A stretch of DNA of 64,000 nt. Origin: Amoebophrya sp. A120. Taxonomy: Eukaryota > Protista > Dinoflagellata. Positions within the stretch are counted from its first letter, which is position 1; each line of letters begins with the position of its first letter. The notes under the pieces are model-generated. The model was not told where the DNA came from. It worked only from the letters and a program-made list of their open reading frames with translations, and ran no database searches. Made by a program: the position numbers and the translations under genes. The stretch covers positions 2,528,485 to 2,592,484 of the forward strand of contig CAJINV010000011.1 in assembly GCA_905178155.1 (NCBI GenBank), given 5' to 3'. Shown one piece after another: positions 23,645 to 37,041 of the stretch.

Positions 23645-26600
23645 TTAAGAATGCCGCAAAAATAGGTCGAAGGAGTCTTGCAGCACCCGGATCTTTCTTG
23701 GAAAGGTCAGACTATGCTGCGCACGTCGCGCCGGGTTGTGAGTTTGCTGATCGTGTTTCTCTCTCCGCAGAGTGGTCGTGTAGTGCGAGTGCAAATCTTG
23801 CACCAACGAGCCAGATCCATCGGCAACAAGATGGAAAAGTCCTTGTGAATTCGTCGTGGTTCCGCCGGATGTAAATGCGGCAGCGAAAATGGCTTCGTCG
23901 TCTATCCTGTTCAACCGTAAAGAGACTTCGTCCGGCGGGGTAAAGCGTTGCAGCAGGGTGGAGTGCCTGTTACGGATGTCGAAAATGGATGGAGCGAGGT
24001 AGTTTTCATTTCCTCGTCCTTGCAGTTCTTCGGCGAAAATGTTTTTACCGCCGGTTGCGTCTTCAAATAAATGGTCCTCGAACATTAAAGACGGATGCGG
24101 TTCTAGCGGTTCGTAGCCCGGCACTCTGTCCCTCGTATTTTGCTCGTAGGCAATAGCAGGAGCTTGCTTCTCGAGCATTCCCTGCTGCAGATCCGCTTCC
24201 TGGATCGCACGGGCAGCCTCTTCCCGAGACCTTTTCGCTTTATGCAACGCAAAAGCTGCATGAACATGATCGCACTAAGTATAAATCGCATTACAAATTC
24301 GCTCAGCATGTCAAATAAAATTTGAGTACTTAAATGCTGTTTTAGATTTGGAAGGAGATTTGCCATGCATAAGTAAACTGCAATTACTAGTACGAGTACG
24401 ATATTTTTGCAGAGGGGATACGCATCCAGATCCTGCAACTGCTCACGGAGGCTGTTCGAATCCTTTTTCTTCAATCGGGCTGCGTGAGCATCTGGGGTAA
24501 AGAGCGGGAGAAAGAATCATATAACTCCTATTGCTGAGCAGGGGCAGTTAAAATTTTGCGACGGGGAGGAAAATCGTCCACGCCGAAAATTTTTTTACAA
24601 TTTTCAAACTTTCCAAAGCTGTCGCGATTTGGGAAGTCGCCCAACGCCCAACGCCCGCCGCCCAACGCCCGCCGCCCAACGGCCATTTTGCAGCTCCCAA
24701 CGGCCATTTTGCAGCTCCCAGCGGCCATTTTGCAGCCCGAAACATTTTCAAGCTTGAAATATTTTCCAGCTCGAAATATTTTCCAGCTCGAAATATTTTC
24801 CAGCTCGGAATATTTTCCAGCTCGTTATATTTCCCAGCTCGCAATATTTTCCGGCTCGAAATATTTTCCGGCTCGAAATATTTTCCGGCTCGAAGTAATA
24901 TTTTCCGGCTCGAAGTAATATTTTCCGGCTCGAAATATTTTCCGGCTCGAAGTGATATTTTCCGGCTCGAAATATTTTCCGGCCCGAAGTAATATTTTCC
25001 GGCTCGAAATATTTTCCGGCCCGAAATATTTCCCGGCTCGAAATATTTTCCGGCGCGAAATATTTCCCGGCTCGAAATATTTCCCGGCTCGAAATATTTT
25101 CCGGCTCGAAATATTTCCCGGCTCGAAATATTTCCCGGCTCGAAATATTTTCCGGCTCGAAATATTTCCCGGCTCGAAATATTTCCCGGCTCGAAATATT
25201 TTCCAGCTCCAAAATATTTTGCAACGCAAAATATTTTGCAGGGTCGCCCGGATCTGCGCGATCGCGTGGCACTTCCTTACTGAAATCCCTAAGGAAAAAA
25301 AAAACCTCAGCTGATCGCGCGTCCGAGGAGAGCAACGCGATCAGGCAACCCACCGAAGACCGAAGGCGGCGATCGCATCCCTGCAAGTTCTGCGGGGATT
25401 GTCGCCTGTCCTGCTGAGAAATCTTTCCCCTGGGTAGCCAGAACTGCTGCGCTAAACACAGCAACTCGGGGAAAACAAGCAAAATTCTCCCTCCCCTTCC
25501 CCATACCTTCCCACCCTGCCGATATCCCCTCACTATCCTGATACCCACCCAATACCCTACTGGGAAATCTTTCTCCTGGGTAGCCAGAATTGCTGTGCTA
25601 AACACAGCAACTCTGGAAAAAATACATCCTCTCACTATCCTGATACCCTCCCAATATCGTACTGGAAACCCGATCCCCGGGTAGCCAGAAGAGCTATGCT
25701 GAGCGCGCCAATTACTAACAAGAAACAAACTTTTATCATTCGGCCCCAATACCCTGGCACAACCCGGCAGCTCCCCATTACCCCAATGCCTTCCCATTAG
25801 GCCAATGTCTTCCCCGGGTAGCCAGAATAGCTGTGCGAAACACAGCAACTCGGGGAAAAAAACCGAAAAGCCCCGCGATCCTCACTGGAAATGCCCTTAG
25901 GCATCTCCACCCGAGCTTCCGCCTGGATATGCCTTGAGGTGTCTTGCTTCGCCTGAAGTTGCAGCAAGGCCCGCGCTGCAGATGCCTTCTCAAAGTGCTT
26001 CCAGCTGGATTCCCAGATAGAAATATATGGAGCAGGCCCCTTCAACTGGAAATCCAGCTGGAAACACTTTGAACAGGCCGGCTGGAAATGCACTGAGAAA
26101 GCGTGTGCCGCCGTTGGGTGGGGAACGCCACCGGCGGCCAAGCACCAGGCGAGCAGCTGCCCACCACCCTCCCCCGGCGCCCTCCCTGCTCTGTTCGCGA
26201 AAGGAGAGTCGCGCCCCAGCGCCAGGCTTGCAGGCGAGCAGCTGCCCACCACCCTTCCCCGGCGCCCTCCCTCTGTTCACGAAGAGGCCGGCAGAGGGCG
26301 CCACCATCCGCCGTCTCTGTCAGTCTTGGAGGGTGCGCGCGAGGGAAGCAGGCGGGGGCGCAACAGGTTGCATGCGGGCGAACACGGGGGGCGCCGTTGT
26401 TGTCCGGGGGTGCTGGGGGAGGGTGGTGGGCCCCTGCGCCTGGAGGGCAATGTATGAATGCCCCGCCCCGGCGCCCGTCCTCCATCCACGCGCGCGGCAG
26501 GGGCCCCAGCGCGCCCCCGTTCTGCAAGGCTGCGCGCGGGAGAAGGGCGGGGGGCACCAAGGCGCACAGGGGCGGGGGGGGCGCACAGGCAGGCGGCACG

Positions 26601-29600
26601 AACGGGCAACACCACAAACGCGCGAAAGGGGCGTCACGCGCCAACGCCTCGCATGGCGCGGCCTGTTCCCCCGTCCACTGGCGGCCGCCCGCTGCCGCGC
26701 TTTGCGTTGTTGCTTGGGCCTAAGGCTTGCCGCCAAGCAAACGCGCGCCCAGCGCGGGCGGGGCCCTCGCGCTCGCACAACGACGGGAACCACGGGCGCC
26801 ATGGCGCTCCGCCTTCGTTCTTTCAGCAAGAAGCGGCGCAGATGCCTGACCCCGCCCTGCATCAAAAATCTTTTCCCTTGCCCCTCTGGCGTTTTTCTTT
26901 CCCCCCCGTCCACTCGTTCACTCTCCCACTGCGCGACATAAGTTGTTTCCTTGTACGTCCTCGAAAGGAGCCGGGCAAAAATCATCTTCGCCGAGGCCGA
27001 AATAGCACTATCTAATGGCTATCTATGCTTTTTTCACTTTGAAGATAATGTCATGCATCATCTCAGATACTGTTCCAGATGTTTCAGGGCGCCAGTATTC
27101 AGCGAAAAATAAATCGCACTTATACCTTCCAACGCGCTGACATGCGTCTCCAGGTCTTGCAGCAACTGCGCCGGCACGAAGCCCTGGTTTTTCAACGCCA
27201 AGATTTCCACCATTTCCGGCAACTCAATTGGCGGCGGCCTCGATTTCTTGTTTCCCCGACCTCCACGGTCCAACATCACCGCGGCATGGTTCCGGAAGGC
27301 GGCTAAAATGTAGTCAACGCCGTCGTTCCACATCTCCACCGTTTCCCCCACGTTGTTTGACTTGGCCGCCGCGCGGAGGTCACACGCGATCCAACAGGCG
27401 GCCAAGCGGTCGATGATTTCCAGCGTGACCAGAGCGAGGACTTGGGAGCGAATTTTCGCCAAAGCAGTGACGTGCGCAGCGTTGCCCAGCGCTCGCAGAG
27501 TAAGAATTTCGCGCACGAGGCGGGTGGCGGTGGTAGTCGTGTGGGCTTCGTCTTGAATTTGATTTTGGTCTTTTTGTTCACGATCATAATTTATTCTGGT
27601 GGGGCGATCAATTCCAAAGTCTACTCCCAGATCCTTGATAGATTTCCGTAAAAACCCCGCTCGGGTCGCGTCTATCACGTTGCTGGCTCGCAGGGAAAAC
27701 ACCGCGTCCTTGAGCCATTTGATTAGCTGGTCGGGAGGAGCATGCTTCGGTGGTGGAGGGGGATCTGATTCTGATTTCGTGCCGTCGTGGGTCACAGAAG
27801 AAAAGCTCGGACCTGCTCGCCTTCCCCCCGTCCCTGTTGATGGTGCGCTGCGACTGAGAATGTCGATTTTAGCGGAAACTGTCTTCATAGCAGCGAGCAC
27901 TTGTGGACTTGATGTTCTTGCTGGATCTACTACCGCTTCCTCAGCCTGCTGCAGCACATCAATCTCCGTGGACAATGCTTTCCCTACGTTGGTGTCAATC
28001 AGACCGAGGTTCACCAGCGCCCAAGCTTTCTGGGTCAACGTCTGTGTGGTCAGCTTGTTGGGAGTTGTACTAGATCGTTGTAGATGTAGCTGCATATCAG
28101 GACGACCAGCAGCTGGCCAGCCAGGACGGTTTTCATCTACTCCCATCAACGTTGCCAGTAGCTTGTCCGCGGCTCGAAGCAGAATCGCGGAAATCTCGTC
28201 GAGTATGTTGTCTTCACGATCGGCTTGCTCGCGATAGTACCGCTGGAGAACAGCTTTATCTTTGGGCGCTCCTGCACCCTCAATTTTTCCACTCGACGCA
28301 CTTCGCTGCTTCACACCCGAGGAAATGCAAAGGTCGTTCATCCACTGCCCATGCTGCTGCTCCGTAATCAAGTCGAGGATGCGCAAACTGTTGAGCTGTA
28401 ACTTCATATATGATGAACAATCAGTTGGTTGAACAGAAGATGAATCGCGGATCACGTACGGGGTGCTGCTTTCGGCGTGGTAAGCCAACTGTTCCGCAGA
28501 TGGGCCTCGGCTTCGGAGTGTAAAACTGGTTGCAGATTGTCGTCGTCCCTCGGATGTCGAAACAGATGATGAGAACCCATGATGCTGCTTCGACATCATT
28601 TCGACACGATTTGGGACATCAACATTCGCGCCTGTTGTCGCACCACTGGCACGACTGGAGATCATGCCCACAACTGTACTAGCTGTGCTAGGGATGATGT
28701 TAGGCGAGTTTTCACCACCAACTAGTACCTCTCCCGCCATACCCAGCCGCTGCTGTACGTTTCCAATACCCAGTGCAAAAGTATCGTACTCATAATAATT
28801 GCAGTTTATGCATTACAAATCCAGGTGCTAAGGAAAATTCGCACTACAAATTTATATTTTTAATGCTGAGCCTATTTGTATTGCAATTCTAGTAAGGTAC
28901 TTTTGCAATGCATATCCAAACATCGCGAGCAGATGCACATTGTGCGCCAGGGCGTTGAAGGACTCTTTTTGGTTTTTGTTCTGTTCGTCGATTTTCTGCG
29001 CGTTCCACCAGTTCTATGGGAATGCACAACTCGTCTCGCTGCTCCCCCTCATTTGGAGGGCACGACCAGCAACATAAAGCCCAGCTAGCATCTACTAACC
29101 TATGCGAGACAAGTTCATGCGCGGACTGTAGTCCTGCTTGGGAAGATCCAGAAATTTGTCATGCAACCAGCAGTGCCAAAAGGCAACAGCTAGATTTGGC
29201 TTGCTGTATGACATCAAACGAGGGGACCACGAGGAGTGCTTGCGCACCTTCGTAAGTTTTCCGCCGCGGTCATATTCCGCGCCGTCGCCACGTCGGCGTG
29301 CAGCGCCGCCACCTGCTTCTGCGTTGTCGCTCCGAGTTCGGTCAAGGCTGCTATCTGCTGCGTATCAAATGCAAAAATGTCTGGGTCTGGGAGGTTCTGA
29401 GACTTGTTATGCACGTTTTGCATGAGCAATTATGTCTGTGATGCATGCCGAAGCATCACAGATTTTTCGAGGGGTTGGTTCTTGATGCCTATTTTTCATG
29501 ACAAAAGCCCTATCCGCGTAGCAAAAATTACACTCCCTTTGCTACTCATGGAATACAAATTTTTTTGAAATCCAAATGCAGCGTCACAAGTTGCATTCTT

Positions 29601-32600
29601 CCAGACCCAGACACTTTTGCATTTGATACTGCGCAAGCTGTTTCCAGCACTTCTCCGGCACTACCGGCTTGTCTTCCGGTGCGCGGAGTTTGGTAAGCCG
29701 CTCCCCGAGCGTATAACAGTGCACAACCCCTCCTCTCCCTCATTTGTATAGCATGAGCGGCAATACAAGCATCACCAAGGGTGCCGGTTTTGCATGACAG
29801 ATTTGCACTGGAGTGTAGTCTTCTTTGGGCTACCAGAACTTGTCATGCAAAGAAACAGTGCCATCAAGAGGCATAGGCTGGATTGGGTATTTTGCATGAC
29901 AAATGAGCGGGAGGGGGTGGCCGCGTTGTGCACTGTCATAAAGCGCCAGCCTGGTTCGACCGAGCAGACGGAGCTTCTTCTTCAGTTCCGCAAGCCGTGC
30001 GCGCCTGGAGGACCACTCGGGGGTCGAGGAGGAGACTGGAGCAGGAGTAGCAGTTCCAGAAGCTTCTGCTGTTGCGTCTTTTTCCCCCAGCGATTTCGCG
30101 GTTATTTTTTCCGAGGCGGCTTTTGCCGCTTTGGTAAACAGGCCTCCGAAAGCGGAGGACGCAGAAGCGACTGCGGAGAGAATGCCGTCCTTCCGCTCTG
30201 TCGTGATCAGCCCTAAATGGTGCATGGCCTTGGCGTTCTGGGCCACCTCTTCTTCCTCCTTTTTGAGAGTGATGGCGGGGTCGGCGGTCGTTTTGTTTTT
30301 AGCGTTTTCATTTTCAACATCATCTCGTGCATGATCTTCCACCGCCAATTTGTCCAAATCTGTTGACACACGATCCTGCTGCGCCAAATCCTTGCCATCC
30401 GCGGCGTCGCCCTCCTCTCCCAGACTCGTTGAAGCCGCCAAACGCAAAAGCGGCTCCTTGTTTGCGCTCGTTCTGCCTTGGTCGCCGACCCTCGTCGTGG
30501 TCAAAACCGCGTTCTCTTCCGCAGCCTGCTCGTGGTCGTAGAGCCTGTAGACTGCGTCCGCTAGGTTTTGCAGGTGCTCCGCCGATTTTTCTTTGATGCC
30601 ACCGCTGGTGGGGGACGTGCTCTCCGCGACCGCGGTCTCGGCGGCCTTCATCAAACGGTCTTTGTGCTCCGTTGCGATGCTGGTCACGTTCGTCAGCGTT
30701 TCTTGTACGGACCCCAGCAGATTCCAGGCCGTAGTGTGAGAGAAAAAAGAGGAAGCCGTTGCTCCTTCGTTGGCTGACTTCTCCTCCTCAGGCTTCGCTT
30801 GTGGAGATTCCACTTCTGCAGGTCGGCCACTTGCAGTGGTAGTTCCAGTGTCCCCCGTACCGGTAGCCGTAGCGCTGCCCTTGTTTGCGTTAGATTTCGA
30901 TTTCACTTTTTTCTTCGGCCCGGCCTTCAGTGCTTTCTTCTTTTTGGCACGTATGGCGTCCTCGACGTCCTCGCCGACGGCTACATTATCGCTGCCGTCT
31001 TCCAAACCCACGGATTGGTCTCTTTCCCGCGATGCTCTAGAAAATGCGGCAAAGTCCTCGCGCTTCCTCGACGTGGTCGGATTGAGTGGCATGCTCTCAA
31101 CATCTTCTGCATTTTCGGTGCCGAGGTGCGACGTTTCACGACCTTCCGGTGAAAGATCAATCTGCTCGCCATCTTCCTCTTCGTCGTCCACACTATCATT
31201 ATCGTCGTGTGAAGCTGAAGCATCGTCTTCGCTTGCATCACCATCTGTGGCAGCTGCACCTGTCGGAAGGGCATCAACCTTCTCCCGACCTTCCGCTTTT
31301 GAAGAGGAAATCTCCGCGGTTGAGGGTGTTCTCGTCCTGTCTTTCGCTTTCTTAGATTTCGCTTTTTTAACGGCACCGCCGGTCGTGCCAGCTTTGTAGA
31401 TTTTCCCCTCTTCGTTCATCTCCGCAGCTTTCTCATCCCCTAGCTCCGTATGCAATGCAAAAGCATCGTACTAGTATAAATTGCATAACAAGTTAGCCCA
31501 GCATTACAAATTATTAAATTTGTAATGCTTATTTACCTTGAAAAAGAGATTTGTAATGCAGAAATGCAATTACTACGAGTGCGATACTTTTGCACAGGAT
31601 ACTCCACTGTCATCACTCCTGGCGGTGGCGGTCCCCTTCGCCTCCGTCCCTCCTGCAGATCCTCTAAGGCTAGCATCGCATCCAGAAAATTCTCCCTCTC
31701 AGAGGCTTCATCCAGACGCTTTTTCTTTTCGACTTCAGCAGCGCTGATTGTGATTTTATCCTCCTCGACAAAGTCAGGACCGATGAAGCAGCGGTACTCC
31801 GTGTCGTTCTCCAGGTCGAGTTTCCGGTACACCGCGACTTGCGACATCTGATAATTGTCAGTGTGCCGCCAAAAATTACTTGGCGCGTACTTTGCCAATT
31901 TCGTTCTCGCGACGAGAAGTTTCGCAAAGTTCTGGACTGCATGGACCAACGCTTGCGCTTCGTGGATCATGACCTCCAGCTGCGTGCGCATGCGGTCCAA
32001 ACGGCTGCTCTCCAAGCGCAAACCGTCAATCTCCTCCCGAAATTTCTCCAGGAAGGCTACCCGTTGCTGCTCCAGTTCAGACAAACCGCGCACGATGGCG
32101 GAGGTCGGCGACGCCGCTTTGACGTGGGCGAGCAGCGGGCTCCTTTGCAAGTCGGCTGGCAGAAGATTCTTGTCGTCCACGAGGTTCTCGACGTCGAGAG
32201 TTGTTGAACTTTGTGGCATTTTTTCTTTTCCTTCTTCGCGTGATTCTTGCAGCTCCTCCTCCTGATGCTGCGAGACTTCCTCCACCCTCGAAGTAGATGC
32301 TCTTTCTTCCGAGAGAAGAAGCTGCTGGTGCTCCCCTGGCAATTTAGTACTTGTTTCTTCGGCTTTGTTCTCCTCCTCCTCCCCCTGTTCCGTTCCCACG
32401 GCCTTTGTCACCGTGTCCATCACATTCCAAAACGCTTTTGAGGCGTTCTCGAAGTTTATCGCGTTCTCCGCGTCCTCTTTCTCTTTCCGTTCCTTTTCCG
32501 CGCGCAGCCTCGCTAACTCTGCCGCGTCCGCGGCTTTCGTGGCAACGAGAAGCACGTCAGAGCGGAGTTTCACAAGTCGCTCCTGCCGCATTTCTTCCGC

Positions 32601-35600
32601 TTGCCTCCGGATTTCGTCCAACGACCGGGTGTCCCGCTCGGAAAAGGTTTTGGCCATGTCGATGCAAGTTTGCAACTCCGCTTTCACCCCCTGTACGATC
32701 TCCAGCAACATAGCGACCCGCAGATTCTCAGCGTCGCGCTTCACCCGGTTAGGCGCGCCGTCCAAGGCTGCAACTCCCACTTTCGAGGCGGTATTGTACG
32801 GGTTGACGATTGAGGATGCGTCAGGACCAGCTCCAGCGCGCATCGGAATCTGCTCGTCGCCAAATTCAGGATAGTACAGAAACGCGTAGGGGTTCACGTC
32901 TGGTGGTTGTAAACGCGTTTTAACACTTCTGCCAGTTCTTGTATCTGTTTCTGTGTGGCGGTACAATGACGAGGTGTGAAAGCGATTCAGCAGATCGCCT
33001 TCCTTGATCTCTCCGTCCCGCGCTAGGCCCTTTTCGATCATCGCGTAACTGGTCTGCTCCAGGGTGAACGCCGCCTGCGCTTGATCCAAAGAAAAAAAAA
33101 TCCATGACCTCCGTACATCTTTAGCATGACAAGAACGGACTCTACTTAATGTTTTGCATGATAAATTGGACAGGGACACCAATCGTTTTTTTTTCCGCTT
33201 GATATGCCCAGGCAGTCGCGTACAAACCCTGCGCCCTAAGCATGGAATCCTCCAGCGCGGTGTGCATGGCCGGCTCGGTTCGTTTCCGCTCCAAAGCCGC
33301 CATCGGCGACTCAGACGAGAGTCTCCGTATGTCGTCCAGGGAATGGCTGGGTGGTGCGGTCGCGTGGAAGGATTTTTTGGAAAGCTCTTGCTTTTCCAGC
33401 AGAGTCTCCCCGAAGGTCGGTGATAAAAATTCTCCCCGCAGTTCGTTTCGATTCAACACCTCCGCCTCCTCCGGTTGCAAAATTTTAGTGTTTGTTTTTA
33501 CCCGTGCAGCAGCGAAAGGATCACCAACCAGCCACCGCAAACGGTGCAGCTCGCTGCACAGCAGGTCCGCACGATCGAACACCCGTTGAAGGAGTTGTTG
33601 CACGATAAAGACCTCGCCGCCCCGAGACGTTTCTTCCTCAAGCACCGAAATTTCGTCCTTCAGCAGCGTGATGTCGTCCGCAATGCGATTTTCCCTGTGC
33701 CGTATGACCCCCAGCATCCCGGGGGGTCGGTGGGAAAACAGCCCGGCAGACGCAAGGAATTCAATCGCGGAGTCGCACCGCCAGCGAATCACATCAAAGT
33801 GCTTCTGGAGTTTCAGGAGCAACCCCGACCACTGCCGGTCCGTGATGCCTTTCATTTCCTTCTCACCCAGTTCCGAACTCTGCATGAACAGCCGCGCGGG
33901 GAGCTCGATGCTGTAGTAATCTTTCTGTTTTGATGTTGTAGATAAAGCCTTCTCATCCTCGTAGCTCATCTTCATCTGTGGACCACGATTTGGATTTTCG
34001 ACACGATTCCGGCGAACGAAGGCTACTGACAGCCAGTCGTTGTTTTTCAGATTTTTGTTCACGTCCCGGACAAGCGTTAATTTATCCGCGAGAATTTCCA
34101 AACTTCGCCGGTGCCGGTTCGAATTCTCATTCATCAAGGCGGCGACCGAGGGAAACGTGTGGCTGTGCGCTTCGGCGGCCAGGGAGAAAGCGTCTTTGAA
34201 TGTTTTTGTTTTCCCACTTAATCTTTCCTTCGCAGAAGAAATGCCAACGATCGCGTCCTGGAGGAAGGAGATCTTCGCTTTCTCTTCGGTGATGGAAAAC
34301 AGGCCCGACGCTTCCGCCTCGCGTTCACGCTGATTCAGAAGGTTTTTCACCAATTGCTGATCCTCGGTGACCACATCTTGGAACGTTCCCAGGACAGCGA
34401 CAGTGGATAACACGCGCTGCCCGAACGCCACAATGTACGCAAAATGCTGTAGCCAGTCCTCGCTCTGCATCCGGTCTTCCGCGATCTCGAGCCAGAGCGA
34501 CGTTGGCGTTTGCCAAGACAGTTCGATGGTGGTGATGTGGGTGAGCTTGTGTTGCGGGCCGTGCAGGGCCACGGCTTCGTCGTCAATGGACAACTTTTGG
34601 GTGTGAAAAGCTTGCAGCGGACGACGTTTTTGATTGATTTTTTTGTCTCCTGCGTCTTGTGTCTCTTCTGCGTTGAGGTAGTTCTCGCGCGGGATTAAAC
34701 TTTGCGACGCGGACGCGAAGCCGGCGTGCTCAATGCGGTCGGCAAGGCGGCGGAGCATGCGGGCCACACTGTCGCCGTCGGGATCTTTTTTCGGAGCCGA
34801 AAGAATGACGCCGGAAGGACCATACGAGTCATTTGCTTTTCGGACATCTGTGAAGCCGTCGGCAGATGTTGAAATCGGGGAAGTAGAACGAGGGTTGCCT
34901 CCAGATCCTGCTCTTGCCGATCTCGACGCCGGCGCTCCCCGCCGCACAGCATTTTTACCACTTGCTGCGGTATCATGATCATTTGTTCTGGGACTCGGTC
35001 TTGCGGATCCGCTCGCTTTCGAACCAGGAGCGCCACCGCCGCCACGCTGGGCTTGATGAACTGTAGCGGAGTTGGAAATCGAATTTCTCGAGCTGCCGCC
35101 CTGTGACGAGTCATCCGAAAAGCCATGTCGGGTCAGGCCGCCCGTTTCTTCAACATGATCGGGCAAGAAGTCACTGGCTGGCGCGTCGTCGTCATTCTGA
35201 AAAAGGTTGTCGTCTTCTTCAAGCAGGTCGACGTCTGCATAGAAATACATCGATTTCTCAACAGGCTTGGTTTGCTGGGACGAGCGGGAATAAAATAACG
35301 AGCTCTCCTCGACGTCCACTACAGCGGGCGGTGGCAATACGACAGGTGGTTCGTCTACGAGAAGTACTTCTTGATAAGGTTCCTCCCCTGCGTCACCATC
35401 TGCTTCTGCGACCGAGAGCTGCAAAATCTCGCTGTCGTTCGGTGTCGCAACAAACTGCTGGAGATTTTGCTCGATGTTCTGTGCAATCGAACCGAAGAAA
35501 GACTTTTCGCTCGTGCCGTCTGCCCCGGGAAGACCTCCCGGGTAAAGGGATGCGTGCCCGTCGCGCAGACTTTTGTTCGTTTGTTTCCCGCTGGTGGTCT

Positions 35601-37041
35601 GCTCCACAACTACGCTGCGGTTCGGGCCAGCGGAAGCAAGGCTGCGATTAGCCTTGACGAAACTCGCGTTCAGGTGGTCAACGCCTCGCTGGGATTGTCC
35701 TGCTGATGCTGCGCCATACGAACTACCGGTACTGCTACGATAGTTGGCGTCAATATTTTCTGTCGCAGGTCGTAGTCGTACTACAGCAGCTGTCGTATCA
35801 ACATCTGGCTCCGTCAGCTGCGCCTCTTGCTTTCCAAAAATGTACCCTTGCTCGACGTCGGCGGCGATCTTGAACTGCGGCTCTGCTGGCTTTCTAGTTT
35901 TGATTCTCCGGAACTCATTTGGATCGAACTTTTGCTGCTCCTCCGGCACATCGTCGTCCGTGTGATCGTCCCACCACTGGAAATGTTTGGCCCAATTTTC
36001 AAAATCCGCTTCTGTACGCCTCCCGTCCAGTGCAGCGTGTCGCTCCACGAACTGCAGTCGCTCTGCCGGGTTCCTGCGCAAATCGATGCTTTTGTCGTAC
36101 TTCATGATGTTCTCGCGAAACGGCACGCGACCGGAAAATTCCATCGAATTCCCGAACATTTTGTCCTGCAATTTTTCCTCCGGACTGTAGTCTCGGAACC
36201 GGTTATCCCAGGCTGTTTTGAGCCGGTCCACCCCCGAGTCCAGCCGCGAAATGGTCGACTGGAAATTTTTCGCATCCCGCTCTAGCAGTTCGTCCAGCGT
36301 TTTGGTCTTATCTTCTTCCGCTTGCGCTGCCTTGGCGATCGCGGCTTGCTGCTCCCTCCGCTGCTGAAGCAAATCATCCAGGGAAGATTTGCGGGAAACG
36401 CGGCGGAGCTTGCTAGTCGTGCCGGGCTCTTCGGAGCTACCAGTTGCCCGTACAATTCCGTCGATGCTTTCGACATCGCGAATGTTAACGCTTTCTCTTG
36501 GGGGACGGAGAGAACTTCTAGTACCAGAAGCTGGTCGTGCGACACCGGCACTACTTGCACTTTGTGCACCAGCGGTCCCTGAAGCAGGAGCTAAACTCGC
36601 CCTGGGTGCGAGACTCGCTCCAGCTTTGTGGATTCCGGCTTGGTGGTGGCTCTGGAAGGCGAGAGGTTGGGAGTGGCCTTGAGTAACGCTTTGCTGCGCG
36701 CCGGCCGTCGCTGCCGAAGCCAATGAGCCTGAATATGCTCCTCCCTCGGCGAGGCTCGCTCCGGCCTTTCGGAGACCGGTTTGCTGGGTTTGGTAGGCGA
36801 GAGGCTGGGAGTGGCCTGGAACAAGGCTTTTTTGTGCGGCAGAGGACGCCGGTCCTGATCCGGTCGCCACTTCCAGCAGTGGCGCAGCGGTGGAACTGGG
36901 TCCGGCTTCTTGCTGCACAGCAGCCGCCTGACTGTGTTGAAACGGGATAATATGCTCGGAATGCTGCCGCGGTTGCGGGGTCGTCTGCGGACTGGTTCCA
37001 TCGGTGTTGGTTTCATCGTAAAAGCGGTAGTTCCCTTGCAT
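23645..37041 (-). CDS. Giant (>3000 aa) low-complexity/coiled-coil orphan protein, about 9 exons
   Basis: ORFs 33142-37041, 31533-33182, 29830-31455, small exons, 27058-28740 and 23645-24491 join in frame (TAWA|QAAF, MTVE|LGDE, RLAL|GERL, QLAQ|QIAA, AEN|WWNA, AMFG|NVQQ, LE|DAHA, LDA|KRSR). Confidence 0.7.
24241..24420. mobile_element. Introner family B (aged)
   Basis: Flanks CGCTT/CGCAT; TATGCAACGCAAAAG ... TTTTTGCAGAGGGGATA. Confidence 0.75.
24529..27004. repeat. Composite GC-rich repeat inside GT-AG intron 24492-27125
   Basis: Short tandem arrays, a satellite, 4x GGGTAGCCAGAA motif and a GC-rich tail; weak TATT...AATA ends. Confidence 0.7.
24750..25240. repeat. 18-21-bp minisatellite GCTCGAAATATTTTCCG(G), about 25 copies
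   Basis: Directly visible head-to-tail array with a palindromic AAATATTT core and no spacers. Confidence 0.95.
28767..28914. mobile_element. Introner family B
   Basis: TSD TCCAA; TACCCAGTGCAAAAGTA ... TACTTTTGCAATGCATA. Confidence 0.88.
29015..29254. mobile_element. Introner-like insert (aged)
   Basis: Flanks AGTTC/AGTTT; TATGGGAATGCACAA ... TTGCGCACCTTCGTA. Confidence 0.75.
29363..29628. mobile_element. Introner family C
   Basis: TSD CTGCG; TIR TATCAAATGCAAAAATGTCTGGGTCTGG. Confidence 0.92.
29712..29940. mobile_element. Introner-like insert
   Basis: Flanks GAGCG/AAGCG; TIR TAT(A/G)ACAGTGCACAAC. Confidence 0.85.
31449..31601. mobile_element. Introner family B
   Basis: Flanks CTCCG/CTCCA; TATGCAATGCAAAAG ... 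CTTTTGCACAGGATA. Confidence 0.88.
33083..33204. mobile_element. Decayed introner
   Basis: Sense 5' end TATCAAGCGGAAAAAAAA with inverted T-tract at the other end; GCATGACAAG inside; element + 5 nt removal restores the frame. Confidence 0.6.

Noticed and set aside
24750-25240. CRISPR-like array
   Set aside because: Head-to-tail repeats with no unique spacers, eukaryotic intron context and no cas genes.
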